From positions 1 through 64,000 of IMG/VR virus record IMGVR_UViG_2974671799_000001: a DNA stretch of 64,000 nt; one strand, given 5' to 3'. Below are positions 19,825 through 30,800 of the stretch, piece after piece; positions within the stretch are counted from its first letter, which is position 1; each line of letters begins with the position of its first letter. This DNA comes from a virus. Lineage: Duplodnaviria > Caudoviricetes. A model generated the notes under the pieces. It searched no databases. It worked only from the letters and a program-made list of their open reading frames with translations, and was not told the origin of the DNA. A program made the translations under genes and the position numbers.

Positions 19825-20577
19825 CTAATTATATTTACGTATTCTTAATATTTCATTATGTTCAGATATATCGATAGAGTGTTCAAACCAATCCAAATAC
19901 TCTTCCTCTGAATACATTTCAAATGCATCTTTTTGTGTAACTAAATCATTGGAAATCATACCCATACGCTTATACAATTTACGATGTGTATTTATTTCTT
20001 TTTGATTCTTACGCATAGATTTATAGAACTGGTCAACCTCATCTTTTTCAATCTTTAAATCAAGAATATCCTTACATAATTTAGTATGGAAATCATCGAT
20101 AAAGTTATGATAATCAACACCTTTAAACATATAAAGTGGGTGTAATTTTTCAATATATCTAGATGTCATTCTACCAAAGATTTGTAAATCCATATCAATA
20201 CCTTCATTAACACCTTTTGCATTAAACTCCCAGTTTTCATCAGTAAAATGATAATCATAACCTAAACGATTTTCTTTAATAAAATCATAATCTTGGTTAA
20301 TATACACGTAGAAGTTTCTTTTTGAACAACCTTTATATGCTTCTTCATAGAAAATATCAATAGATTCAATAACTATTTCTTTACGTTCTTCTCCTAAAAT
20401 ATCAGAAACATTATTATTTTTAAAAACAAATCTATTAATAATATCACCTATCCTAACATACTGATTAAGAAGGAATAATTCATAAGTATCTAAAGTTTCA
20501 GGAATATGACCATAAAACCATCTTGGCGAAACAGTAACTCTTAGTTTTGTTTCAGAATTATTTAGTTGTAACTTCAT
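19825..20577 (-). CDS. hypothetical protein
   Basis: 250-aa ORF in operon. Confidence 0.7.
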   Translation of the reverse strand: MKLQLNNSETKLRVTVSPRWFYGHIPETLDTYELFLLNQYVRIGDIINRFVFKNNNVSDILGEERKEIVIESIDIFYEEAYKGCSKRNFYVYINQDYDFIKENRLGYDYHFTDENWEFNAKGVNEGIDMDLQIFGRMTSRYIEKLHPLYMFKGVDYHNFIDDFHTKLCKDILDLKIEKDEVDQFYKSMRKNQKEINTHRKLYKRMGMISNDLVTQKDAFEMYSEEEYLDWFEHSIDISEHNEILRIRKYN

Positions 20578-20857
20578 CTAATGTAGTTTTAAGTTTAGCT
20601 AAAACACAAATATCTGTGATTTCAATAATGTATTCATTGTTAACCTTTTCAACATAACCAACGATTTCACCTTCGACTATGTTACCAGTTTCCTCACTTA
20701 CGTATTTGTAACGATATGTTGTTTTACCAAAAAGATTAAATTCTAAATGCATTATAGTTTTTGGTGTTGTTACATTACTATTTGAAAGTGTTTTTGGTGA
20801 GGTTTGTGTAAATCCAACCCAAACTTCACCTATATTTAATAATACTGTTTTACTCAT
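20558..20857 (-). CDS. hypothetical protein
   Basis: 99-aa ORF overlapping its neighbours. Confidence 0.65.
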   Translation of the reverse strand: MSKTVLLNIGEVWVGFTQTSPKTLSNSNVTTPKTIMHLEFNLFGKTTYRYKYVSEETGNIVEGEIVGYVEKVNNEYIIEITDICVLAKLKTTLDEVTTK

Positions 20858-21521
20858 TTGTTTTTAAATTTTTAATTTGTTCTTTATTTAATTCACATAT
20901 CTTACTTACAGTTCTAAACATAATTAGTAATTCTATATAACAATCTAAACTAGATGTATCAATATAGTTTAAATCTGTAAGATATGCCTTTTCGCTTAAA
21001 TCAAATTTGGTGAACTCTTTCAAAGTGTCATGTAAATTCAACTTTTGGTTATTAATTGAAAGTCTATTTTTTATTTCAATTAACAACTTTAAGTATTTGT
21101 TTGCATACTTTTTTAAATCTATTGTTTTATAGTTTCGTAGAATCTCTTTGAAAGCTCCTGTTTTCTCATCAACTTTAAAAGGTTGTGATAAGTTATTAGC
21201 CACACTAAGTACTTCAACAAAATATTCAAGTTCATTTAAGTTATAATTTGAAACAAAATTATCACATTCTACTTTCCAATTTAAACCATCTATACAATAA
21301 CACATTACGTTTTTACTACTATCTTCAACATCCTCATATAAGAACATTAACTTTGGTTTCAAGTTTTTAGATATACCAACCGTTACATTATTCTTTTGAT
21401 ATGTTAATGGGAAATCACCAGTATTATTATCTAAATGGATAAGAAATTTTAAAGCATCTTGTAAATCAACTTCGTAATTCTCATGTTTAAATATATCTGA
21501 GTATTTTTGTATTCTTTGCAT
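20850..21521 (-). CDS. hypothetical protein
   Basis: 223-aa ORF after the promoter at 21537-21568. Confidence 0.7.
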   Translation of the reverse strand: MQRIQKYSDIFKHENYEVDLQDALKFLIHLDNNTGDFPLTYQKNNVTVGISKNLKPKLMFLYEDVEDSSKNVMCYCIDGLNWKVECDNFVSNYNLNELEYFVEVLSVANNLSQPFKVDEKTGAFKEILRNYKTIDLKKYANKYLKLLIEIKNRLSINNQKLNLHDTLKEFTKFDLSEKAYLTDLNYIDTSSLDCYIELLIMFRTVSKICELNKEQIKNLKTNE

Positions 21522-21536
21522 AAATAATATTTTTAG

Positions 21537-21584
21537 TAAATATATACAAAAAAATCGGAACTCCCAAAGGAAATTCCGATTTTT
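21537..21584 (-). promoter_or_regulatory. promoter overlapping a terminator hairpin
   Basis: TTTG(21565-21568, exactly the loop)-N20-TATATTTA; AAAAATCGGAA/TTCCGATTTTT stem. Confidence 0.7.
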
Positions 21585-21588
21585 ATTT

Positions 21589-22758
21589 TTAAGGATTATT
21601 TCTACAATAATTCACTTCACAAATTTGTTTCAAGCAATCATCATATGCTTTATGTGTTAATAAAGGGTAATGAACTCCATTTGATAAGATTTCACTTACT
21701 ACGCTTTTATCGTTTCTTAACTCCCATTCATCAATGATAGTTCTTATACATCTTGATTTGTTATAAACCATGAAAATATCATAATCAAATGCTGTTAACC
21801 ATTCATTTATAATACGAGTATCAAAATCAGGTGATTTACAATAAATGAAAACATTATATTTTTTACTAAGGTTTTCATAGAACATTTTAAATTCCATTAA
21901 AGCAACTAATAATTCAACATCTGAATCATTATTATCAAGGAATGTCATTGAGTCTTTGTTTTGTTTCATCCACCACATAATAGTGTTCATTTGTGGATAA
22001 ACATCTAAGCCTCTACGCTTATACTTATCATAGCACTCAATATCAATATGTGTTTCGAATATCAAATCATCATCAATTCTAATACCAAAATTATCAAATC
22101 CAATTGCTGAAATAGATGTTATTGGAACTAAACCTTCATGTTCTTTTCCTAAAGTTTCAATATCTAACATTAAATCCAATCTAGGTTTTGATTTATTATC
22201 AATTCCCAAAATATTGTTTATTTGTTCTGTTACAAAATATATATCATCTTCACCATTTATAACATGAGCATTTTGTATATTATTTAAAATAGGTAATGTA
22301 CTTTCTTCATATACTTCCAAACGTTTTTTAATAATACCAACTTCTGAATCTTCAATACGACCGCTTGTTTTACCCCTTTCTAATGAACGTGATATAACAG
22401 TATCATCATTAACATGAATGTATATAACTTCAAATTCTATATTTAATTCGCGACAAATTGTGTTTTTTAGATATTCAAATTGCTCTATCGTTCTACAAAC
22501 ACCATCGAAAATAAAAGGTTTATTATATTGTCGAAGTCTAGTAATCTCATCACGCATGATTTTAAGTATAACATCATTCGGCATTAACTTACCTTCTTTA
22601 TCCAATTCGATTGCTTGTAATCCAATTTCTGTTTTATCCTTTTTATGTCTTCTTAGGATATCACCCATTCCAATATGGATATAACCTATTTTTTTTAGTT
22701 TTTCGGATTGTGTACCCTTTCCGCAAGCAGGTTTACCTATTAAAAGTACTGATTTCAT
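21589..22758 (-). CDS. adk: adenylate kinase fused to a DEDDh 3'-5' exonuclease (DexA/RNase AS-like)
   Basis: GKPACGKGTQ P-loop, GDILR, FDG..R, GRIED; C-terminal LDIETLG, DFD, HKAYDD. Confidence 0.85.
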   Translation of the reverse strand: MKSVLLIGKPACGKGTQSEKLKKIGYIHIGMGDILRRHKKDKTEIGLQAIELDKEGKLMPNDVILKIMRDEITRLRQYNKPFIFDGVCRTIEQFEYLKNTICRELNIEFEVIYIHVNDDTVISRSLERGKTSGRIEDSEVGIIKKRLEVYEESTLPILNNIQNAHVINGEDDIYFVTEQINNILGIDNKSKPRLDLMLDIETLGKEHEGLVPITSISAIGFDNFGIRIDDDLIFETHIDIECYDKYKRRGLDVYPQMNTIMWWMKQNKDSMTFLDNNDSDVELLVALMEFKMFYENLSKKYNVFIYCKSPDFDTRIINEWLTAFDYDIFMVYNKSRCIRTIIDEWELRNDKSVVSEILSNGVHYPLLTHKAYDDCLKQICEVNYCRNNP

Positions 22759-22771
22759 ATATTTGTTTTGT

Positions 22772-23095
22772 TTATGATTTTGCTGATAAATTAAAATAAT
22801 AGTTCCCAGTTATGCTACCGTCTGTATAGCTTAATCTGAACTTATAAATTCCACCACCTTTTTTATTAGCTACCTTATTACCTTCTGCTTTGAAAAATAG
22901 TGAATGTGGTGCTTTTTCGATTAGTGTTATTTCGAAGTTCTCATCCAAATACTCAATATGGTTGAAAACTTTTTTATTGTCGTGTCTTACTTTACCAATT
23001 CTCAAATGTCTGAACTCGTTGAATAGATTATTCAAACCTATTTGAACGAGTTCAGAATTTGTTTTAATTTGGTTTATATCTAACCCATTAAGCAT
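22772..23095 (-). CDS. hypothetical protein
   Basis: 107-aa ORF. Confidence 0.65.
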   Translation of the reverse strand: MLNGLDINQIKTNSELVQIGLNNLFNEFRHLRIGKVRHDNKKVFNHIEYLDENFEITLIEKAPHSLFFKAEGNKVANKKGGGIYKFRLSYTDGSITGNYYFNLSAKS

Positions 23096-23216
23096 TACTC
23101 TTTGATGTCTTCTGTAATCGTTTGCTCTTCATTAACGATTCCATCTTCAACTTGTTTAGTTTGTTCAACATCTTGGCTATCTGTAATCATCTTGTTTTCA
23201 TCTTTAATCATCGTTT

Positions 23217-23843
23217 TTAAATTTTAGTTATAGACTTTATTCTACCATATATTTTATAATCTCTTGCGTATGGTTCGCCATTATTCTTTACTTTATTGAA
23301 AGTGTATTTGAAACAATTAGCTTCATTTTGACCTTTATACATATCTCCTGATGGATAATGAATTGACTTTATAAAAAGAATTTCTTCTCTGTTTGGGTCT
23401 TTACCCACACCCATAAATTGAGAATAACAAACTTTAACTTTATCACCAACTTTTAGTTTCGAATTGTTAGTATATTCCATTTTTATGTTACGTAATTCAA
23501 TCTGCATTTCTGTAATCTTACTTTCAATATCAATTATATTTTTCATATCATATAATGATTTCAAGTAATTTGAGTAATTTTCTGATAAGAATAACTTAAA
23601 CTCATCAATCAATCCGATAACATCAAATTCAAATCCTTTTATATTTTTCACATAAACCTTTTTGAAAATACCACTTATCTCAATAACTATTGTTTTATCA
23701 CCTGATGTTACATTAGTCATGCAATGACGTAGGATTTTATATTCTTCATTTAATTCGAATATTTTACCCAACTTATTCGATGTAGCACCTTTTTGATTGT
23801 AAATAAGCAGGTTTCTACCCATTTCAGTTAAAATTTTACTCAT
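23217..23843 (-). CDS. hypothetical protein
   Basis: 208-aa ORF. Confidence 0.7.
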   Translation of the reverse strand: MSKILTEMGRNLLIYNQKGATSNKLGKIFELNEEYKILRHCMTNVTSGDKTIVIEISGIFKKVYVKNIKGFEFDVIGLIDEFKLFLSENYSNYLKSLYDMKNIIDIESKITEMQIELRNIKMEYTNNSKLKVGDKVKVCYSQFMGVGKDPNREEILFIKSIHYPSGDMYKGQNEANCFKYTFNKVKNNGEPYARDYKIYGRIKSITKI

Positions 23844-23844
23844 A

Positions 23845-24543
23845 CTATACAGATAGGTTTAAAAGTGCGTTGATTGTCTCAATATTGTTTGAAAGACGAT
23901 TCTTTTCCTTTTTAATAGAATCTAATATTATATATCTAAATTCAGGATTTTCAGAAGTCTCTAAATAATAACCTTCCAAACTATTTAAAATTTCAACATT
24001 GTTATTTTCTATATTTTTAACAAAATCAAATAATGAATCACTTATTAAATCAAAACAGTTGTTTGAACTATGATTATTTAATTTCGAAAAACGAACCATT
24101 ATATCATTTAGTACTTTCTTGTAAAATGTAAGTTGCTCCAAACGCTCATCCTCATACATGATATAATCCTTTACTTTTTGGTATATCTCTATATTTGTGA
24201 GGTCAAAAGGATTTTCACCATCCAAATTATAATTTTTGAACTTACCTCCCAATTTATACTTTTGGATATTATCAACTTTGTTATACTCTTGATACAAACG
24301 ATAAACAACACTTTTTAAAGCTCTTAAATCTGATTCACTTTCACCTTTGAAATATGTATCTAATTCATTATATACTAAATCTTTGATATCGAAAATTTCA
24401 TCATCAACATCATCAATCATAATAGATAAATCATTTATAAATTCCATTGATTTTTCAAAATTAATACTTCTTTCAGATTCCTTATCTTTATCAAAATCTA
24501 GTAGTTCCTTATATGAAACCAAACCTAATATTCGTCTTAACAT
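23845..24543 (-). CDS. hypothetical protein
   Basis: 232-aa helical ORF. Confidence 0.7.
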   Translation of the reverse strand: MLRRILGLVSYKELLDFDKDKESERSINFEKSMEFINDLSIMIDDVDDEIFDIKDLVYNELDTYFKGESESDLRALKSVVYRLYQEYNKVDNIQKYKLGGKFKNYNLDGENPFDLTNIEIYQKVKDYIMYEDERLEQLTFYKKVLNDIMVRFSKLNNHSSNNCFDLISDSLFDFVKNIENNNVEILNSLEGYYLETSENPEFRYIILDSIKKEKNRLSNNIETINALLNLSV

Positions 24544-24546
24544 ATC

Positions 24547-25485
24547 TTAATTTATTTTAGTTAAAAATTCGTTTGCTAATGTATGTGATTTGAACTTTAT
24601 TTTTATCTTTCCGTTCTTAGAAAGTTGATAGTATTCTATAATATCAGTTCCAGTCATTTTCTTATCATAAATACATTTTTCATCATCTAAACTATAATTA
24701 TGATTTATACAGAACTCCTTAATAAAACCTTTATAAGTCAAAACATCTGATACACTAGAATCATACTCTTTGTATAATTCATTTATTACAGTTGATAATG
24801 ATTTTATAAGTTTCAAATTATAGTCTCTAGCATGGTGACTCTTTGGATTATTCAAAATACTAGGAAATGATAAAGAACCATTTTTAGCAATTATCACATC
24901 ACCTCTGTGTGTATCTTCATTATACAATTCGTAAAGGAACTTTTTAGATTCTAAAATTTGATGTTCATTCAAATCTAATCCACCTATTTGTTCAAAAATA
25001 TAATCAATAATAGTATCATAATGTAATTCTAAATCAGAAATAGCACTATATTTTACCTTATCACTCATACCCCAATATGTCGGATAACGAGAGTGATTAT
25101 ACAATTGTTTAACAGCATAACCATCTGAAAATTCCCACTTCTCAATATCTATTTCGATATTGTATTTCTTGCAAATATATTCTGATACAGATTTTATGAA
25201 TCTATGGTGACAGTTTCCTGCATCTTTTTGAGCGACTAATAAAGATTCTTTTGAATCGAAAGACATATACTCAAAAGTGTTATTAAAACTAGTTCCGTTT
25301 ATAACTCTTTGTTTTAATTCAGGTTTTATATTTCTAAGTTGTTCTAAAGATTTAATACACTCTTTATTGTATTGTAATGCTTCTTTATAATCATTTAAAA
25401 GAGCATCTAAATATGATATATCTTCATGCGGTAATCTATTGGTGTTGTCAACTTTTACGTTGCTAAATTTTCCTAGTAAATCCAT
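24547..25485 (-). CDS. hypothetical protein, DUF4942-like methylase-associated domain
   Basis: C-terminal KNGKIKIKF..ANEF resembles methylase-associated domains; start MDLLGK after the promoter at 25506-25537. Confidence 0.5.
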   Translation of the reverse strand: MDLLGKFSNVKVDNTNRLPHEDISYLDALLNDYKEALQYNKECIKSLEQLRNIKPELKQRVINGTSFNNTFEYMSFDSKESLLVAQKDAGNCHHRFIKSVSEYICKKYNIEIDIEKWEFSDGYAVKQLYNHSRYPTYWGMSDKVKYSAISDLELHYDTIIDYIFEQIGGLDLNEHQILESKKFLYELYNEDTHRGDVIIAKNGSLSFPSILNNPKSHHARDYNLKLIKSLSTVINELYKEYDSSVSDVLTYKGFIKEFCINHNYSLDDEKCIYDKKMTGTDIIEYYQLSKNGKIKIKFKSHTLANEFLTKIN

Positions 25486-25505
25486 TATTAAATTGTTTTG
25501 TTGAG

Positions 25506-25544
25506 CAAAAATAAAAAATCCTTTGGAAGTAACCAAAGGATTTT
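25506..25544 (-). promoter_or_regulatory. promoter overlapping a terminator hairpin
   Basis: TTTG(25534-25537)-N20-TATTTTTG; AAAATCCTTTGG/CCAAAGGATTTT stem; near-identical to 45209-45248. Confidence 0.75.
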
Positions 25545-25548
25545 GTAA

Positions 25549-26070
25549 TTATTTTACTTCAATAAGTAAATCATATTCCAATTTATATCTTGCAACATCA
25601 CCTTCTGAATTAATTAACTCAAATCTAGCATTACTGAAAACATATTTTGTAGAACCTTTAATGTTTAAAGTGTATGATTCCTGTCTAAAAGACCTAAATT
25701 CACCATGCTTCCACGGATATGATGTTGTTTTAACAACAACATGAACTTCGCGCAATTTTTTATCAAAGAAATAATCTAAAGTTTTTGTTTTTGAAACAGC
25801 CCTATAAGAATCAAATGGAATTTCAGGATATGTGTAGATAGTATTGAATGATGTTAAATACAATCTAGTACTAGTCCTATGACTATTTAGTGTTGGTGTA
25901 CTACAATTAATAAACTCACCTTTTGAGTTCTTTTTAATATTCTTTGATGATACTCTATTTGTATGAGCATTATAAACTGTTACATACTTATCGTCTTTAG
26001 AAAGAATGAAAACACCTCTATAGTAAGGACATTTCATTAACATTTCAGTTAAATTATTGAAATTTTTCAT
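25549..26070 (-). CDS. hypothetical protein
   Basis: 173-aa ORF. Confidence 0.7.
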   Translation of the reverse strand: MKNFNNLTEMLMKCPYYRGVFILSKDDKYVTVYNAHTNRVSSKNIKKNSKGEFINCSTPTLNSHRTSTRLYLTSFNTIYTYPEIPFDSYRAVSKTKTLDYFFDKKLREVHVVVKTTSYPWKHGEFRSFRQESYTLNIKGSTKYVFSNARFELINSEGDVARYKLEYDLLIEVK

Positions 26071-26072
26071 AT

Positions 26073-26909
26073 TTATAAATTTATTGATTTTACATATTCA
26101 ATGTGTTCACTTGACATAGGTGTTCCATGAAAGTTAACACCTAAAAATACATTTTTAACATCTTGGTCTGTAGCCAAGTCACCTAATTCACCATAAGATA
26201 ATCTACGATAGTCTAAAAACATTCTCTTAGCAACTAAAGATAAATCCTTCCAGTAAATACCATCTTTAGTACAAAATTCATTTCTGAACCATCTAATCAA
26301 AGTAGTTAATCTTTGTTTACCGTCCACAACCTCACACATAGATGCATCACTTGGTTGTTTATGATACATTTCTTTACACCACTCATATGAACGAGTTCTT
26401 AAAATAATCTTACCAATATCAACATTATTGAAAATAGACTCTATTAACAATTGTTGTTGCTCTAAAGTCCAAACAAAATCACGTTGATAACGCTCAATCT
26501 CACCATCTTTGTTAACCATAAAAGGATTGAAATTACAAGCAACTAAATCATAGGTGTATTCAGGTTCTTCACGAAACTTTCCTGACATTGCATCAAATCC
26601 CATGACACTAAAAATACTAGATAAACCATAACTAATATTTCTAAGCTTAGAATCCCAACGGAACTTCGGGAATGGGTTGATACCAATATTTCCAATATAA
26701 ATTTTATATTCGCCATCAGCAACAAATACAGGTTCTTTATATCCAAATTGTTTATAATAAACACCACCATCAGAAATTGAATGAACTTTAGCAGTATTAA
26801 TATATGCATTCTTATTCTTAGTTCCAAGACCTTTAGGTAATATAGTATCACCAACTTGAACTGGTCTTTCTAAATGTTCTTGAATTTTTTGTTCTAAAGA
26901 TTTTTTCAT
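26073..26909 (-). CDS. DUF262 (GmrS/ParB-like NTPase) domain protein
   Basis: YQRDFVW, LIESI, VVDGKQRLTT and F..VN..G motifs. Confidence 0.85.
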   Translation of the reverse strand: MKKSLEQKIQEHLERPVQVGDTILPKGLGTKNKNAYINTAKVHSISDGGVYYKQFGYKEPVFVADGEYKIYIGNIGINPFPKFRWDSKLRNISYGLSSIFSVMGFDAMSGKFREEPEYTYDLVACNFNPFMVNKDGEIERYQRDFVWTLEQQQLLIESIFNNVDIGKIILRTRSYEWCKEMYHKQPSDASMCEVVDGKQRLTTLIRWFRNEFCTKDGIYWKDLSLVAKRMFLDYRRLSYGELGDLATDQDVKNVFLGVNFHGTPMSSEHIEYVKSINL

Positions 26910-26913
26910 TTTT

Positions 26914-27804
26914 TTAAATTTTATTTTCTATATAATAATCTTCTAGGAACAAATATAACAATTTTTCTTGTAAACTAACAACTTCTAAGCAAAAATAATT
27001 TTCACTTTTTGGGTTTATATTCAAACTAAGGCTTGGTAAAAACGCATGACCCGTTGTATTGTTGAACTCCCTAATAAGAATATCTACTTGATGTCTATTT
27101 GATTTTAAATAGTCTAAACCTTCCATTTCATCAATTTCCGAACGCATTTTCTTATAAGCTATAATACAATCTCTCATTTTAGGTTCTAAAAGAACTTTAT
27201 ATAAATCCATATTAGAATTTACCTTAAATGTATCTTTTGGGTCTGTTGAATTAAGCATTTTATTATAATATTCTACAGATAAATCCCAAAGAAAAATTTG
27301 AGAATTTGATTTAGAAGTAACAACATAACACCCACCATCATGATTATAACGGTTTACTTTAATATTTTCAAATATTTGGAAATAGTTTTGATTAAAATTC
27401 CAAATCAAATTATCGGTATGTTTAATATGATATGAATCATTACTTTTAGCACAGCTTTTAAAAGCATCATAGAATTTAATAAACTTATCAATATACTCAG
27501 TTAACATCATTGATGATGGTACTTGCTCAATCAAATGCATTGAAACCAACAAATGAAATATTAAATCATTTCTTTTCCTGTTGCCAAAATCTTTATATAC
27601 ACTAGTATCATGATTTATAGATATTATCCCTTGATTTTGATATAAATCTAGATGAAGACCTTCTAAAATACCACATGAATTTTTGAATTTTAATAACTCA
27701 AAATCACACGATAACATAAATTCTTTATCAATAACATTACCTCTTTTACTTTCAAGGAATAGTGTTAATTCCTTGAAAGATTTTCTTAATTTTTTACCGT
27801 TCAT
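26914..27804 (-). CDS. hypothetical protein
   Basis: 296-aa ORF between the methylase-helicase and DUF262 genes. Confidence 0.7.
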   Translation of the reverse strand: MNGKKLRKSFKELTLFLESKRGNVIDKEFMLSCDFELLKFKNSCGILEGLHLDLYQNQGIISINHDTSVYKDFGNRKRNDLIFHLLVSMHLIEQVPSSMMLTEYIDKFIKFYDAFKSCAKSNDSYHIKHTDNLIWNFNQNYFQIFENIKVNRYNHDGGCYVVTSKSNSQIFLWDLSVEYYNKMLNSTDPKDTFKVNSNMDLYKVLLEPKMRDCIIAYKKMRSEIDEMEGLDYLKSNRHQVDILIREFNNTTGHAFLPSLSLNINPKSENYFCLEVVSLQEKLLYLFLEDYYIENKI

Positions 27805-27815
27805 AATTTATTATT

Positions 27816-30800
27816 TTATTCTACTCTTTTACTTTTTTCACCCCAACTTAAACGCATACCACCTTCTTCATCATAGTGTTTCTGAATCAATGAACCTAAT
27901 ATATCACCATCAACACCAAACTCTTCATTTACATCTTCCTCTGTAGAAACCTCAGTTGTTTTAACAAAATTATTAACCTTTTCTTTGTTCAAAATCAAGT
28001 TTAAAATGTTTAAATCGATTGATTCCGAATAACAGATTAAATGTACTTGTGTTTTATTTTTAGAATCAAACCTAATAGTTCTACAATAAAATTGAGCTAA
28101 TGAACTATTATTCCAAGGAAGACTAGGTATAATAACAGTATTACATTCAGGTATGTTAACAGATGATTTTAAAGATGCTTGATTCGCTACAATAATAGCA
28201 TTATCAGTATTATTGAAATGCTCTATTATTTGACCCCTCTTTTTAAATGAAATTGTGCCATCAACATAAATAACTTCTCTATTCGGGAATGTCTTTTTAA
28301 TGTGATTAAAATAACTCTCTGTAGATTCTATACCTACACAACCAACTAAAATTTGCTCGTTTGGTCTTTCCTCTATCATCTTTATAACTTTAGCATACTT
28401 TGTCGGCAAACCTTCACCAATCCACTCTTTCATTAAATGAGGTGATGTAGTCGATTTAATCAATAAATTAATCATACGTATAATACGTAAATAAGACTCT
28501 TTACGACTATTTCCTGTTGATTGGAAGTAGTTATAACACATTTCATGGAAACGCTCTAAAATATCCTGTTGTAACACCTTTTCGGCATAATTTGGTTGAA
28601 CAAAGTGTGATATCATTTCTTTTTTATCACCCATCAATTCTTCCATTGTTCTAGTGATGATACTTGAATTAATAATATCCGTTAAATCGCTTAAATTATA
28701 TAAATCCTGTAACTCTTTTTGTATTCCAAATACACTAGCTTTTGATGGTGCGAAACAGCTTTTAAAAGTACCGAATCCGTAATAAGCATCGAATGGTTGA
28801 AATCTCTTTTTATTAATATGTGATTTAATTTCCTTTGTCTTTTTATCCTGCTTATAAATTAACTGTACATTACACATCATGTTATATGAATTGTTGTACA
28901 TCAATTCAATATTTGGATAAATCTCGTTTAAGTTATTTCTAGTTGGTGTACCTGTCATTAAAATTGTACGGTGACATCTTCTAAATGCATTCAAAACAGC
29001 TCTAGACCTTTTAGATAAACGGTTCTTAACTTCATCACTTTCATCAAATATTAGAGAAACTTTGTTACTTCTAGACTTAACAAATTCTTTTACCTCATCC
29101 TTTAAGTTTCTCAAACGACCTAATGTAATTAATACAACTTGACCTTCTTTAATCTTGTTTAAATCATCAGCTTTTAAAATCTCAATATAATTAACACCGT
29201 TCGTTTTTAAAGTATTTTTTAAAGTCAAATCTAATGCGATAGCAGGTGCAGTAATAAATACATTCTTTGTTAGATTGTTTTTAGTCAAGTATTTAGATGC
29301 GCATAATAAAGCAACTGATTTACCACCACCCATAACCCAACTTAAAAGGGTATGTTTTCTAGTTAATACCTTCTTAACATCTTCTTTTTGAATTTCATTA
29401 AGTTTATGACGTTGACCTTTTGAAATAAATGAGAATCTGTTAACATATGAGTTTACTTTTTTATCAATTTGTAAATCTGTAAGTTTACAATTATGTAATA
29501 AATAATCCTTAATTTTTCTATTTACAACTTTTTTTAACTCTGTAGTATCTAAGTTTAAAGACTTACAAACATTCAAATACTTTTCATATTCACCCGACAT
29601 TGTTACAAGTTGATAAATAGAAACAATAGTTGAGTCGTTAACTTTTTTAGAAAGTAATTGTTTAGACTTGTTAGAATATGCCTTAATCTCGAAGCTATGA
29701 CCTTTTTTAATGACTCTAATAACATCTTTTTGAACTTTGGCTGAATTACTCATAACTCTTTTAAAAGTGGCTAAAACCTTATTTTTTGTAAGTTTAATTT
29801 TATCCCACTCTTCCCATTCCATACCATCAGGACGCTTTTGAGTATTAAATTTTTCAATCAATGCTTGCGCCTTTGCATAATAGTATTGTAAGTTTTTATG
29901 TGTTCTAAACTCATATAGATACTTTCGAACTTTATATTCAAATTCACTATCATCAGACTTAATCTCTGTCATAGTTTTAGCTCTTAAAGATGATTTAATC
30001 TTTCTAAGAACTTCTATTTTATTTTTTATATCATCCTTTGTTGTAAATTCGTTAACAAAAGAAACATCCGATACGTGTTCACTTTTACGTTGGAAAAACA
30101 TAACTTTAGTAGCGAAATTATCAACACCCATTTGTTTAAATTCATTATTAGATAACGGATATTGACCAATGAAGTTAAAAAACTCATTCATTCTCTCGAT
30201 ATCCTGCTTATTCATCATTTCATCATTTAAGAATGACTTAGGAACAATTAAAGCCATGATTGCTAAAGGCTTCATTAATTCTGCTGACTTTTGACAAACA
30301 TACATCTGTGAAGACATACCACCAAAATCTAAATTAAAAGGTGGATTCAATACCAATGTATCAAACTTTAATTTAGGTTCATATGCTCTAATATCACAAT
30401 TCTTAATACTTGCTTCGGGATATAAGAAACGAGCAACACGAGTCGCTTTAGAATCAATATCACAACCATATGCATTATGTAAATTTGGTAAGAAGTTGAA
30501 AAATGAACCTGAACCACAAGTAAGGTCTGCAACTAAATCATTTTTATCAATGTTTAAAATATCAACAACATCAATAGACGTACTATGTGGTGTGAAAAAT
30601 TGACCCGCTTCTAAATCCTTCTTTGCTTCTGTATAACTATGGAATGACGAAAAATCTTTGAAGTTAAGACCATGCAAACCACCATCACCAGTATATGCAT
30701 TATAAATATCTTCATGACTAAGACCCTGTAAATCACCAGTTTCAATAAGATGTAGGATTTTATTGTTTATATCTTTTCTTGCTTCTTGTGGTATTGCTTG

